Shown here: piece by piece, positions 25,788 to 36,405 of the stretch
Numbering within the stretch: position 1 is the stretch's first letter
Layout of the letters: every line of letters begins with the position of its first letter
Virus record (IMG/VR): IMGVR_UViG_3300021446_000141
Coordinates: 1-53,784 of that record
DNA from: a virus
Taxonomy: Duplodnaviria > Caudoviricetes
Length of the DNA: 53,784 nt
Direction: 5' to 3' (one strand)
The notes under the pieces: model-generated
Told to the model about the DNA's origin: nothing
What the model saw: the letters and a program-made list of their open reading frames with translations, nothing else
Database searches by the model: none
Made by a program: the position numbers and the translations under genes

Positions 25788-28457
25788 ATGAAGGTTCCCA
25801 AAACTACGGAGGAGGTAGCGCAACTGTTTCGCGTTACTGACGAGGAACCCGAGCCGAGGGCGACCCGCAAGGCCTCAACGGAGGTCCTCTCGGGGGACTA
25901 CGAGGAACATCACGCCCCGGAGGACGAGATGGAGGAGTACTGGCGGATCTACGAGAACTTCTCTGTCGTCCGTACCTCTATTTATTCGTTCTCACAGGAG
26001 GTGGTCGAGCCGGGCTGGTATGTGGTCGCCTCGAACGAGGAGACTGCGACGGAACTCACCGAGTGGCTCACGGAGTCGGTCACCACTGGGGGGGAGGAGG
26101 GCCAGGACTTTTCGGAGATACTTCGACGGGTGACGGTCCAACGCGAGGTACGTGGGACCGCACTGGTCGAGAAGGTTCGGGGCTCGAACAGTGATAAGAT
26201 AGTCGCACTACAGCTATTGAATCCCGAGACCTTCAAGGTCTATACACAACCTCAGAGTAACGTGCTGGTCAAACCTGATGACGTTGACCTTGACGCCGAG
26301 GAGATCACGGAGAGCCGGCAGAGGCGTCGTCGGGCCTCACGGGACACGGTTCCGGTCACGGATGAGGGTGAGGGGGCTGCCTACGTACAGTACGATCATG
26401 ACCTCCATCGGTGGAACAACCGCGACGAGGTGTTCTTCACCAACGACGAGATCATCAAGTTCACACGGGACGACGATGTGGGCGAGGTGTTCGGTACCTC
26501 CCGAATCGAGTCGGTGGCGGACCGGGTACACGGACTCCAGCAGAAACTGAAGGACAACGACGAGGCCATTGCACAGAAGGCCTACCCGTTCTGGATGTTC
26601 CGGGCGGGTCCCGAAGACGGTGAGGACATGTGGGACGAGGAGGACATGGACGACTTCCTGGAGAATCATGACGCCGAGAAGTTCGGTCCGGGCATGAAGC
26701 AGATGGTTCCGGGAGACCTGTCCCTCGAAACCCACTCGGGCGACACTGCGGACATATACGAGTCCGTCAAGTACGACATCGACCACATCTCGGTGGGACT
26801 CCCGATGCCCCAGTTCTCCCTGGGGGCGTTCGGTGAGGACGTAAACAGGGCCCGTGCGGAGGCACAGGAGAACCGTCTCCGCCGGCAGGTAAAGGACGTG
26901 CGCGGGGAACTGGAGGCGAAGTTCACACCCCTCCTTCGTGAGGTCGCACGTGAGCGGGGTCTGGACGACCCCGACGAGGTTGCCCTCAAGGTGGGTCGTC
27001 CGGGCGAACCCTCCCCCGAGGCCCAGGAGGTCAACCGTAACATGATCCAGTACCAGTCGAACAGTCCGCAGGCCCGACAGGGCCAGCGTGGGCCCCGTAC
27101 GGACCGACGGTTCTCGGCTGGCCCGAACGACACGAATGGCCCGCCCTCGGGTGGTGTGGTCCCACGGGCCAACGATCCGACCACGGACAATCCGGGTGAC
27201 CCTGGATCGTATACGGCTACCCCGGACGCGACCGGTGTGGATGTATCGGGTGGTGGGGACGAAGGGGAGTCCCTTCCGGTCGTGCAGATGTCTGGGGACC
27301 CATCGGGATCGGTTTGGGACGCAGAGGACCCTGGTCTCCAGGAAGTAGAGGAACTTGCGGACCCACGGTATGTTTCGGTCCGATCGGATACCCGCTCTCT
27401 GAAGAACACCATCGCCGAGTATCTGAGGGAGGTCCGGGACGAGACCCTCGACCGTCTGGACGAAAAGGGCTCGTCCCGACAGAAGGCGATCGAGTCTGAA
27501 CGCATCATGAACCGAGTCGTCGCCGATGCGAAAGGCTCGCATGGACTCCAGGCCGAGATCGACGAGGCCATGGAGGAGACGGTCCGTAGGACAATCGACT
27601 CCCTCAACAAACAGTACCACTCGCCCCCGATCGAGACCCACTACGGGGTACGGGCGGAGTCGAACAAAGAGGCCTACAGTCGGTCCGCAATGGCCTCGGT
27701 CGAGGAGATGACGGAGGACCTTCGGCACTACCTCCAGCAGATCGTGGTCCGAGGGGTCCAGAACGGGGAGGACTTCGATCGTATCCAGGAGTCGGTCCGC
27801 GAACGGTTCTCGGACGAGGAGATCGACCGTCGGTCTCGACTCGTGGCACACATGCAACTCAAGAAGGCCACGGAGTCGACCAAGCTAAAGGAGTACGAGG
27901 CCCATGAAGAGGTCGTGGGCGTCGAGGTGGTCAACCCTTGCACCGAGGACACGACTCGATTGTGCCGTAATCTGGCCGGCTGTACGGGTACTGAGGTACG
28001 GGCCTTCTTCGGACCGGACCGTGACGTTGCCTCCCAACTCGAAGCCGATGTGGGGGGCGAGGAGCTATACGATGGGTTCACACCCCTCCCGGCTGCGCCC
28101 CCATATCACTATGGGTGCCGGAGTACCCTGGTCCCGGTCTCGGCGAAGGAGACCGACTCCCTCTCGAAGCATGGCTCGACCATGTTCGAGGAGACCGATC
28201 CGGTCATGACCCCGGAGGGTCCGGGTATCGTGGTCCGGGTCATGGAGCACAACTTCCTGATCCAGCCTAACGAGAACGAGTCCCACAGGGAGGTTCAGGC
28301 TGCACCGGACAACACGGCCTATGTGGTCTCCCTTATGGGCCAAGGTCGGCAGGTGTTCCGAATCGAGGACCTTCAGGAGGCCGACGTGAACTTCCAGACT
28401 ACTGAACCCTCCTCGGATGACGAGGAATCCGACCCCGATAGGGAGGAAGAGAACTGA
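25788..28457 (+). CDS. portal protein fused to MuF/SPP1 gp7-like domain
   Basis: Follows TerL; FGTSRIESV portal-like motif; low-complexity linker; PPYHYGCRS MuF signature. Confidence 0.85.
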   Translation: MKVPKTTEEVAQLFRVTDEEPEPRATRKASTEVLSGDYEEHHAPEDEMEEYWRIYENFSVVRTSIYSFSQEVVEPGWYVVASNEETATELTEWLTESVTTGGEEGQDFSEILRRVTVQREVRGTALVEKVRGSNSDKIVALQLLNPETFKVYTQPQSNVLVKPDDVDLDAEEITESRQRRRRASRDTVPVTDEGEGAAYVQYDHDLHRWNNRDEVFFTNDEIIKFTRDDDVGEVFGTSRIESVADRVHGLQQKLKDNDEAIAQKAYPFWMFRAGPEDGEDMWDEEDMDDFLENHDAEKFGPGMKQMVPGDLSLETHSGDTADIYESVKYDIDHISVGLPMPQFSLGAFGEDVNRARAEAQENRLRRQVKDVRGELEAKFTPLLREVARERGLDDPDEVALKVGRPGEPSPEAQEVNRNMIQYQSNSPQARQGQRGPRTDRRFSAGPNDTNGPPSGGVVPRANDPTTDNPGDPGSYTATPDATGVDVSGGGDEGESLPVVQMSGDPSGSVWDAEDPGLQEVEELADPRYVSVRSDTRSLKNTIAEYLREVRDETLDRLDEKGSSRQKAIESERIMNRVVADAKGSHGLQAEIDEAMEETVRRTIDSLNKQYHSPPIETHYGVRAESNKEAYSRSAMASVEEMTEDLRHYLQQIVVRGVQNGEDFDRIQESVRERFSDEEIDRRSRLVAHMQLKKATESTKLKEYEAHEEVVGVEVVNPCTEDTTRLCRNLAGCTGTEVRAFFGPDRDVASQLEADVGGEELYDGFTPLPAAPPYHYGCRSTLVPVSAKETDSLSKHGSTMFEETDPVMTPEGPGIVVRVMEHNFLIQPNENESHREVQAAPDNTAYVVSLMGQGRQVFRIEDLQEADVNFQTTEPSSDDEESDPDREEEN

Positions 28458-28458
28458 T

Positions 28459-29100
28459 ATGGTAGAACGTTACAGAATCGGACCGGAGCAGTTCACTTCC
28501 TCCCGTATTGACGGGCTCGCTGTGTACGACCCGGACCTCGGTCGTAAGGTAGAGGACCTCGAATCCTTCAGTGAGGGGGACCTCGTTGAATATGACGAGG
28601 AAGCGGGTGTGGTCGTAGAGAAGTACACCTCGGACTTCGACTGTCCGGGTGGCGACGGAGAGACGACCGTGGAGGCCTCTTCGGACGAACCGTACTATAT
28701 CGTCGCACGCGAATCGGGTGGGGCCAAACCCATGCCCCCCTCGGAGCTATCCAGTAAGGATGGCAAACTGACGGATGTGGATATGGACGAGGCCGATTCG
28801 GCCTCGCTCGCACGGGTGTACTACCGTATGGGCGACCCCGAGTCTCTCGGGGAGTTTCGGGACTGCTACGACGAACTGGCGAATATTCCAGGGGTAGACG
28901 ATCCCCATACGGGATTCGACTCCCTGCCGGACGGATGGGACCGTAGTTCGGTCCTACAGGCCTACGCCTCCCTTGGTGGGAGTTGGTCCTCCTGTAACAG
29001 GGAGATGAGTACGAATAAGGGTCCCAGGTTCGCCAAACGGTGGTGCTCGGCTCTGAAGGACGAGGTACTGAAGACCGAAGAGTGGCGCGGTGGCTTCTAA
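28459..29100 (+). CDS. head-associated protein with SH3/Tudor-like domain
   Basis: FSEGDLVEY...GVVVE...VEASSDEPYYIV is similar to the portal C-terminal domain. Confidence 0.7.
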   Translation: MVERYRIGPEQFTSSRIDGLAVYDPDLGRKVEDLESFSEGDLVEYDEEAGVVVEKYTSDFDCPGGDGETTVEASSDEPYYIVARESGGAKPMPPSELSSKDGKLTDVDMDEADSASLARVYYRMGDPESLGEFRDCYDELANIPGVDDPHTGFDSLPDGWDRSSVLQAYASLGGSWSSCNREMSTNKGPRFAKRWCSALKDEVLKTEEWRGGF

Positions 29101-29128
29101 CGGAACGAGATAGGCACACACTACACCA

Positions 29129-29272
29129 ATGGCAAACGAATCAGATAACGAACATCCCGACGGGCTCGTTGAAGAGGTCGACACGTTGAAAGGTCGCATC
29201 GACGAGATCGAGACACGGGTCGACGATCTCCAGGAGACCTTCGAGGTCTACATCAGAGGACAGGATAAGTGA
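29129..29272 (+). CDS. small coiled-coil protein (47 aa)
   Basis: VDTLKGRIDEIETRVDDLQE heptads. Confidence 0.65.
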   Translation: MANESDNEHPDGLVEEVDTLKGRIDEIETRVDDLQETFEVYIRGQDK

Positions 29273-29276
29273 TACA

Positions 29277-29615
29277 ATGAATGAAACTGAATCGGAAGGT
29301 ACAGGGGTATGGATCGGACACCAGGCGCTCTCGGAGGTCGAGGGGACGCCGGATGACGCCGAGGAGTTCCGAACGTTCATGTTCGAGGGCCAATATGTCG
29401 AGGACCCGATCGTTGATCCCGACAACTGTGTGGACTGTTGGTTCGACATGGACGGGATCTCCTGTGAGGTCGTGGGGGATCTGAACGGACACGTCGCCTA
29501 CCGGAAGATGCACGGGTCGGACCGCATCTATACCATGTCCTGGGAAGAGTGGCACGATCGGGCCGCGGAGGGCGTGATCGAGGTGGATAAAAGCCTCATG
29601 GATAACGAACAATGA
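29277..29615 (+). CDS. hypothetical protein
   Basis: Acidic ORF with ATGA overlap to the next gene. Confidence 0.75.
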   Translation: MNETESEGTGVWIGHQALSEVEGTPDDAEEFRTFMFEGQYVEDPIVDPDNCVDCWFDMDGISCEVVGDLNGHVAYRKMHGSDRIYTMSWEEWHDRAAEGVIEVDKSLMDNEQ

Positions 29616-31360
29616 GTGCTGCGACCGTAACGTATGCGAACGGTATGGGGACGGCCGAGTTGTCGGCCACCGAAGAGGACGAGTTCGTGATCCACGGGGT
29701 CGCGCTCGGTTCGGGCGACATCACACACGGGTCCTCCCAGACCCGTAAGCTGTGGCCCGAGGAGGAGTTGGAGAAGGCGGCCGATACCCTTGCGGGTCAA
29801 CCCCTCGTCAAGAATCACGAGAACACGGTCGAGGGGAAGGTCGGCACCGTACGCGATTCGAGTTTCCTCGAAGGGGTCGGTGTGATCTACGAGGCCGTGA
29901 TCGACCCGGAATACGATCACCTGGCCCGCAAGGTACAACGGGGTGGGCTCGAAGTGTCGGCCCGGGTGTACCACCGACCCTCCGAGGAGTTGGAGGAGGA
30001 CCCGGAGACGGGTGCGCTCGTAACCGAGGACCTCCGGTTCGACAACCTCTCGTTGGTCCTCACGGGTGCCTCGAAGTCCAACACTGCCGAATGGGGCGAG
30101 TCGTCCCATCTGGAGGAGGGTGACCGTCTCGAAGTGGAGGTAGACGAGCTTCAGGACGAGTTCGACTTCGAGGGCGAACCCGTCGAACTCGGTGAGACTG
30201 ATTCCGATGCAGAAGAGTTGGTCTCGTACTCCTACCACACCCCGAGCTACTCGGGCACGACCACGGCCGAGTGGTCTCGACCCGATATGAAGGACTTCGA
30301 CACGGACAGCCTGGAGGAACTGGACGACCACTTCTTCCTGTCCGCGAGTGGTTTCCCACCTGACAAGTACACGGATCTCTCCGTACCGGTAGTCGAACCG
30401 GACGGACAACTCTCCCTTGGCGGGCTACGGGCTGCGATCAGCGGCCACGGCTGGCAGGCTGTGGACGGACTCGACGAGGAGGTCGGCCACAAGGTCGACC
30501 GTTGGTGCATGAAGAAAGCCGAGGAGGAGTTCGGGAAGGACTGGGACGGCGAATCCGGTGACAGTGAGGAGAACAGTTCCGCTACGGAAGACCAGGAGTC
30601 GATCCTGGTGGCGGATCTCGATGACCTCCAGGGAGGCGTTCTCCCTGGGACGAGAGCAACGACGGTGCCCGACGATCTGGGCCTTGTACAGGTCGAGACA
30701 GAATTTAACACTATGCGACAGAACATCGAAGATCTGGACAACCCAGAGGATTACGTGGCGGTCGAGGAGGACGACCTCGAAGCGCTCTCCACGAAGGCGA
30801 GCCAGTTCGAGGACCTCGACGGTCGTCTCGAAGACCTCTCGGGTAACATGGAAGACCTCGCGTACACACAGAAGCTGGTGCACGAGGTCGGCCAGGAACT
30901 GGTAGAAGAGCTTGCAGAACACGAGGACCCCGTGCTGATGGAAAGCGAGGCACGTGAACGCGAACGGAGTATGGTCGAGGAGGTCGGCCAGCTTCACGCC
31001 GACGTGCTGGCGGACACGGGTCCCTTCACGGCCGAGGAGCTTATGGAGCGCTTCTCCCCGCTCGAACTGCGCGAGAAGGTCGAGGAGGACGAGCACCTCT
31101 CGCTCGACCCGCAGGTCGAGGAGACCGAGGAGGTCGACGAGGAGGAGGCCGAGTACAAGGGCACGAACCCCGAGTCCGAGGAGGAACTCGGTGACGTGTC
31201 CGAGGAAGACGAGGACATCGAGGCCGAGCAGCTTGCTGAGGTACGGGAGCAGGCTGCCGACCAGCTTTCCGAGATGGGCTGGGGCGGTACGGCCGATCGG
31301 GTTCGAGACGGTGAGATCGAACTCAACAGTCTCGACATGGATCTGACAGGAGGTAACTAA
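29612..31360 (+). CDS. prohead protease-scaffold fusion
   Basis: PLVKNH, KVGTV, EVS, NLSLVLTGA protease-like N-terminus; acidic helical C-terminus; upstream of MCP. Confidence 0.8.
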   Translation: MSAATVTYANGMGTAELSATEEDEFVIHGVALGSGDITHGSSQTRKLWPEEELEKAADTLAGQPLVKNHENTVEGKVGTVRDSSFLEGVGVIYEAVIDPEYDHLARKVQRGGLEVSARVYHRPSEELEEDPETGALVTEDLRFDNLSLVLTGASKSNTAEWGESSHLEEGDRLEVEVDELQDEFDFEGEPVELGETDSDAEELVSYSYHTPSYSGTTTAEWSRPDMKDFDTDSLEELDDHFFLSASGFPPDKYTDLSVPVVEPDGQLSLGGLRAAISGHGWQAVDGLDEEVGHKVDRWCMKKAEEEFGKDWDGESGDSEENSSATEDQESILVADLDDLQGGVLPGTRATTVPDDLGLVQVETEFNTMRQNIEDLDNPEDYVAVEEDDLEALSTKASQFEDLDGRLEDLSGNMEDLAYTQKLVHEVGQELVEELAEHEDPVLMESEARERERSMVEEVGQLHADVLADTGPFTAEELMERFSPLELREKVEEDEHLSLDPQVEETEEVDEEEAEYKGTNPESEEELGDVSEEDEDIEAEQLAEVREQAADQLSEMGWGGTADRVRDGEIELNSLDMDLTGGN

Positions 31361-31361
31361 T

Positions 31362-31775
31362 ATGGCAAACCTACAGGAAACCGAACCGACTGGGCGCGAT
31401 GGTGGCGATCGGTACGAGTGGCTCGGTAACCGGGTCTCGACGGACGTTGACGACTCGGTGGAACGCGGCATGTGCCTCGCACTGAACGGTGACGGCAGTG
31501 CGAGCGCAGCCGATGCCGAGGCGATCGACGCGGCAGCCGTGCGCGACGCAGGGGCGACCCCCTACGACGTGGATACGATTCAGCTTCGTGGCGCGGTCGA
31601 GATGCGTGTCGAGAGTTCCGTCAGCACTGGCGATCGTCTGCTTGCAGGCGACACTGGTGGGACGGGAACGGCGGGGGTGGCCACATCGGGTGGCGATCGG
31701 AAGGACCCGCTGGCGCTTTCGGACGCACGAACACTTGACGACGGCAACGATTACGCCGTTGTTCACCTTGGATAA
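31362..31775 (+). CDS. capsid cement/decoration protein (probable)
   Basis: Gly/Ala-rich 137 aa directly before MCP. Confidence 0.65.
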   Translation: MANLQETEPTGRDGGDRYEWLGNRVSTDVDDSVERGMCLALNGDGSASAADAEAIDAAAVRDAGATPYDVDTIQLRGAVEMRVESSVSTGDRLLAGDTGGTGTAGVATSGGDRKDPLALSDARTLDDGNDYAVVHLG

Positions 31776-31808
31776 CACCAAGTAAAATAACACTATTAGG
31801 ACTCACTA

Positions 31809-32660
31809 ATGGCAGAAGACACATTCGACGTTGAGGAATTGGAAGTATCGTTTTCGGATACTATCAGTCAGGCGGTAATTCGGGACCGCGTGGAGGACGT
31901 GGTGGAGGAGGACCTCCAGTTCCGCGAGGCCTTCATGAACTACCCGGCCCAGGACGTTTCGACCAACGTGGTCGAGATTCCCGTTCCGGAGGACGACATG
32001 GGTCTCCCCTCCCTCGTGGGTGAGGGCGACGAGTACCCCCGCGAGCAGGAGCACTACGGTACCGAGAAGCTGACATTTGACAAGTTCGGGATGGAGATCG
32101 CGTTCACCTGGGAGAGCCAGGAGGACTCGCTCATCAACCACGTCTCCTCCCAGGTCGACCGTCAGGGGCGCAAGCTCCAGGAACGGCTCAACGAGGAGGC
32201 GTACGAGGTCCTTGCGAACAACAACCACCCGACGACTGCGGGCGACGCGGACGAGGTGTTCAGCTACCAGGACGTTGTGGCCGGACGGAACGTTCTCAAG
32301 CAGGAGAGCTACAATCCGGACCTCATGATTGTCGATCTGGAGGCCTCGGCTGACCTCCTGACGGACGCGAACTTCATTCACGCGACCGACATGGGTGACG
32401 AGATCCTTCGGACCGGGCAGATCGGCCAGATCGCAAACCTCGACGTGATCGAGGCGGACTCGCGCCGGATCGGTGGCGACGATGCCACTCCGGGCGCGTT
32501 CATCATCGACACGGACTGGTACGGGTACGAGAGCACCCGGACCGGTATCACGAGCGAGGAGTACACGGAGATGCGTACCGAGACCGATGTGGTCCGTATC
32601 AAGACCCGCATGGGCTGGATCTCGATCTACGAGGACGCCTGTGTCGAGGTCGAGGGCTAA
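31809..32660 (+). CDS. major capsid protein (HK97 fold)
   Basis: VGEGDEYP, KFGMEIAFTWE, GQIGQIANLDV, RMGW motifs; synteny. Confidence 0.9.
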   Translation: MAEDTFDVEELEVSFSDTISQAVIRDRVEDVVEEDLQFREAFMNYPAQDVSTNVVEIPVPEDDMGLPSLVGEGDEYPREQEHYGTEKLTFDKFGMEIAFTWESQEDSLINHVSSQVDRQGRKLQERLNEEAYEVLANNNHPTTAGDADEVFSYQDVVAGRNVLKQESYNPDLMIVDLEASADLLTDANFIHATDMGDEILRTGQIGQIANLDVIEADSRRIGGDDATPGAFIIDTDWYGYESTRTGITSEEYTEMRTETDVVRIKTRMGWISIYEDACVEVEG

Positions 32661-32682
32661 CTGAGACGGTTACGATTCCATC

Positions 32683-33198
32683 ATGACACCGGACTGGGAC
32701 GGATCGAAGGAGGACGTAATGGACACCGAGCCCGATCAGACGGTAATACAGTCCGTCTCGGGCAGCTACCAGCCCTCCTATGCCGGAATCGGTGACGTGC
32801 CCCTGAGCGGACCGGGCGCGGACGCCGACCAGTCCGAAAACGACTACGACGAGACCCAGAAGAGGAAGGCCCTCTTCTATGCGGAGTCGAAGGTCGAGTT
32901 GGACTTCAACGATGGGGACGCACTGGTCGAACCCACCAAGCACCATCGGAACGCAGTGATGAACCTCGCCTCGCACATCCTGACGGCTGCTGCGGAGGAA
33001 CCCGACGATGTGTCCATAGGGGACATGGTGGGCGAGGGAGGATCGCTCGTGCGGTACTCCTCGACCTACCTCGAAAACTACAAGTCCCTTCGTCGGTCCA
33101 TACGCGAGTCCACTGTCGAAGATGGGGGCGTCGACAACTACACGACGACCGTCAACAACCGTACCCCGAGCGGTCCCCCGAACCTGAACCACCTATGA
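32683..33198 (+). CDS. head-tail adaptor (probable)
   Basis: Position after MCP; AVMNLASH...SIGD...STY pattern. Confidence 0.6.
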   Translation: MTPDWDGSKEDVMDTEPDQTVIQSVSGSYQPSYAGIGDVPLSGPGADADQSENDYDETQKRKALFYAESKVELDFNDGDALVEPTKHHRNAVMNLASHILTAAAEEPDDVSIGDMVGEGGSLVRYSSTYLENYKSLRRSIRESTVEDGGVDNYTTTVNNRTPSGPPNLNHL

Positions 33199-33713
33199 GC
33201 AGAAATGGATACCGTGAGATCGCACGAGAACTCGATGATGTGGTCGACTCCCTCGACGAGGTGCTGGAGAGGGGGAAGGGTGCGGACGAGGAGACGGTTC
33301 GTGGCGCAATCGAGTCGGGTATGGACGAATCCATGTACCGGGACGCGCTCCCACTTGCACGGACGTTGGCCCCCAAGGACACGGGTGCGCTCGCAGCCTC
33401 CATTGATGTGGACGAAAAGGGCTGGGAGGCCGGCCGATACCGGGCCTCGATTGGCTCACCCAAAGAGTATGCGCTGGTACAGGAGTACGGGACCCGGAAG
33501 AAGAACTACCCGATTACGCCCAAGAACGGAGAGTGGCTCCGGTTCTACTGGGCCAAGAAGGGACGCACGGTTTTCCGTCGGGTGGTAACACATCCCGGTG
33601 TCGAGGGGAAGTACTTCCTCCGGGACTCGGTGAGAGAGACCCAGGGCACCCGTCGCGGTCGGGTGGTAACCGAACTGGGTGAGACACTCGAAGACGGGTT
33701 CGGGAACTACTGA
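33195..33713 (+). CDS. HK97 gp10-like neck/tail-completion protein
   Basis: APKDTGALAASI, YALVQEYGT, HPGVEGKYFL. Confidence 0.8.
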   Translation: MSRNGYREIARELDDVVDSLDEVLERGKGADEETVRGAIESGMDESMYRDALPLARTLAPKDTGALAASIDVDEKGWEAGRYRASIGSPKEYALVQEYGTRKKNYPITPKNGEWLRFYWAKKGRTVFRRVVTHPGVEGKYFLRDSVRETQGTRRGRVVTELGETLEDGFGNY

Positions 33714-33716
33714 GTC

Positions 33717-34412
33717 ATGCCGACAGAATATCAGGTCCTCGAAGGAATCGAGAACGCGATTCGGATCGCAGACAGCAGGTCCGACAACAACGTCTCGGTA
33801 CCCTCGAACCTCACCTATTTCGTCGGGGAGATCGACTCCAGTGAGGCACAACCGTATATCAATCCACCCGCACTGGAGATCCGTCCGACCCGGGTGGACC
33901 GCCTTACCAACCTCAACGATGACCTCGTGGGGATGATCGAAGACGAGGATGGAAACGAGGTCGGCTACCTCTACGAGAACCGCTACGAGATGCAGGCCGA
34001 GGTGAACGTCTGGACGGCGGAGGGTTCTCCTGTCCGGATGAACGGGGTGGCCGAGAGCGTACGGACTGCCCTGAAGCCCTACGACGACTACGTACGGCAG
34101 CAGGGACGGATCGACTGGGAGATGGACCATCTTCCGTCCACACCCGATCCGTCGACTGCGGAGGAAATGTGCCTGGTTCGCCGATTCGCTCTCGGCACCT
34201 CGATGCCGGCACACGACTTTGCGATGTCTCCGAACCTTCGCCGTTGGACCCAGGAGGTCACCGTTCAGTACGGCGAGTTGACGGATACCGTCGAACTGTA
34301 TGGCGAGGTGCCGTACATCGACACGATCGAGTTCGACGAGTCGGTCTCGGAGATGGGTGGTTTCACGTGGGAACTGGACAACGGTGACGTTGAAGGACTA
34401 TGGATGCAGTAG
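33717..34412 (+). CDS. tail terminator (probable)
   Basis: Synteny before the sheath gene. Confidence 0.55.
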   Translation: MPTEYQVLEGIENAIRIADSRSDNNVSVPSNLTYFVGEIDSSEAQPYINPPALEIRPTRVDRLTNLNDDLVGMIEDEDGNEVGYLYENRYEMQAEVNVWTAEGSPVRMNGVAESVRTALKPYDDYVRQQGRIDWEMDHLPSTPDPSTAEEMCLVRRFALGTSMPAHDFAMSPNLRRWTQEVTVQYGELTDTVELYGEVPYIDTIEFDESVSEMGGFTWELDNGDVEGLWMQ

Positions 34413-34447
34413 ACGATGGAATCTAACCTATAACAGGACACAACAAC

Positions 34448-35779
34448 ATGCCAAGCACAACGACATTCGGTAGCTTCCCTGGCGTAAAGGTAAACGTCAC
34501 GGGTGGGGCTATCACCAACATCGAAATCGGACGAGAACAGACTCTCGTTCTGTTCGGACGGGGAGACTCGGCGAACGGAAGCGCAGCAGTAAACACCCCG
34601 ACCACGATCCTCTCGCGGGCGGACATCGACCGCAAGTTCGGCCAGGACACGGAACTGGCTCGTGGGATGAAGGAGGCCCTCTCGAACGGGGCGAACATCG
34701 ACTTCCTCTACGGGGTCATGCCGAACACGGTCTCTAACACCGAATCGTTTGCCGGGACCTCTTCGGGTACGATCTCTCAGACCCCGGTCTCGCAGGACAC
34801 GGTGAGCGTCACCGACTCCACGAGCGGGAACCAGATGAGCCTGGAGATCACCTATGAGGACGCACCCTCCCAGCCCACGGCCTCGGAGACGGTCCGATTG
34901 AACCGTAAGAGTGGGGAGTGGGCGGCCGACAGTTCCTCGGACTATGAGTTCCAGTACGAGTACGAGGACTACGCCACGGCCTTTGATTCGGCCGATAAGA
35001 CCGTCAATGACACGGAGACGGGCCTTTACGGTGCGATCTCGGACAGTGAGAGCGTGGCCAGCACCCTCAGCGGGAAGGTGAACGAGCTTCGGTCCCAGTA
35101 CCAACTGGTTATGGGCGTAGCAGGCGCGGAACCCAATGGGGACACGGACGATGTGGCCTACCTCGAATCGGGCTACCCGCACTACGACGTGTCGAACTAC
35201 ACGGATAACGTGGACAACGACGCGATGTTCCTCCACGCACCGGCACGTACCAAGACGGACCCGGTTCCGTTCGTGGGTGCCGTTGCGGGCCGAATGGTGG
35301 GCAATGCGATCGACGACCCCGTGTTCAACGACACCCTGAACGTGGGTGCGGGCGACCTCACCCAGAACTTCGGGAAGTCCCAGGCCGACGACATGCGTGA
35401 TCGGCAGGTCATGCCCGTTCGGGACACGGGGTCCGTCCGGCTCCGGGATAACGTCTCGACCAGCACGGAAACCGACTGGCCCCGGGACTTCTTCAGGCGT
35501 CGGATCGTGGACCAGACCATCATCATGTCCCGTCTCGTGGGCGACACGATCTTCGGCAGGATCAACGACGAGGACACCCGTGAGAGCGCGGAGGACCTTA
35601 TCCGGTCGGAACTGTCCGGGTTCGCCGACGACCGGCTAATCCAGCCAAACACGGACGACGAGACCAACTGGTACGTGGATGTGTACGACGCGGGCGCGGA
35701 TACGGTCGGTATCGACATCGGTATCACACCGTACGGGCTCGCAAAGCGTATCGACGTGAGCATCGTGGTTAACACGTAA
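34448..35779 (+). CDS. contractile tail sheath protein
   Basis: N-terminal FPGVKV, RKFG..TEL, RRIVD, GRINDEDTR, ITPYG..KRI. Confidence 0.9.
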   Translation: MPSTTTFGSFPGVKVNVTGGAITNIEIGREQTLVLFGRGDSANGSAAVNTPTTILSRADIDRKFGQDTELARGMKEALSNGANIDFLYGVMPNTVSNTESFAGTSSGTISQTPVSQDTVSVTDSTSGNQMSLEITYEDAPSQPTASETVRLNRKSGEWAADSSSDYEFQYEYEDYATAFDSADKTVNDTETGLYGAISDSESVASTLSGKVNELRSQYQLVMGVAGAEPNGDTDDVAYLESGYPHYDVSNYTDNVDNDAMFLHAPARTKTDPVPFVGAVAGRMVGNAIDDPVFNDTLNVGAGDLTQNFGKSQADDMRDRQVMPVRDTGSVRLRDNVSTSTETDWPRDFFRRRIVDQTIIMSRLVGDTIFGRINDEDTRESAEDLIRSELSGFADDRLIQPNTDDETNWYVDVYDAGADTVGIDIGITPYGLAKRIDVSIVVNT

Positions 35780-35802
35780 AAACAACCACAGGACTACACA
35801 CA

Positions 35803-36267
35803 ATGGTATATCAAGCAGCGGCCAACTCTGGCGATCCCTACGAGACCGGTAACGACGGAAAGTTCAAGATCGGGGGCCAGCAGTTTGCCGTAACGAACGT
35901 ATCGTACGATCGAGAGGCCGAGACGGCCGACGTGCAGCTTGACGACTCCCTGTGGCCCCGTAACGCGATCACGGGTCTGCGAGCATCCGGCTCGTTCGAG
36001 CACGACGGTGCCAACGAGGACCTCCGGCAGGCTGTCGAGGAGGACTCCGGGTCGGGCTGCAAGGAGGCAGGTCAGCCGAAGTTCCTCGGTACTCTCGTGG
36101 TGAAGGAGTCGGGCGACAGCCGAACCGATCCGACCGAGTGCCCCGGGTTGAAGACGACCCGCTTCGAGGGCGTACTGGTCGAGTCCCGCAGCAAGGACTC
36201 GCCGTCGGACGACGTGACGAGCATGTCGTACGACTTCATCGCCGAGAAGATGCTGCCCAACGGGTAG
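35803..36267 (+). CDS. tail tube protein
   Basis: 154 aa beta-rich protein after the sheath; ends SYDFIAE. Confidence 0.8.
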   Translation: MVYQAAANSGDPYETGNDGKFKIGGQQFAVTNVSYDREAETADVQLDDSLWPRNAITGLRASGSFEHDGANEDLRQAVEEDSGSGCKEAGQPKFLGTLVVKESGDSRTDPTECPGLKTTRFEGVLVESRSKDSPSDDVTSMSYDFIAEKMLPNG

Positions 36268-36405
36268 CGTCTAACACAGCTTTTCTTTTCGTCGCTTCGA
36301 CCGTAAACCTTTTAAGGCTCCAACACATAGGTGCGCCCGTGCGTTTCTCGCAGTTTTGTCGCACCTCTGTCCAGGTTTTGGTGCAACCAAAGTGATACTA
36401 CATAT

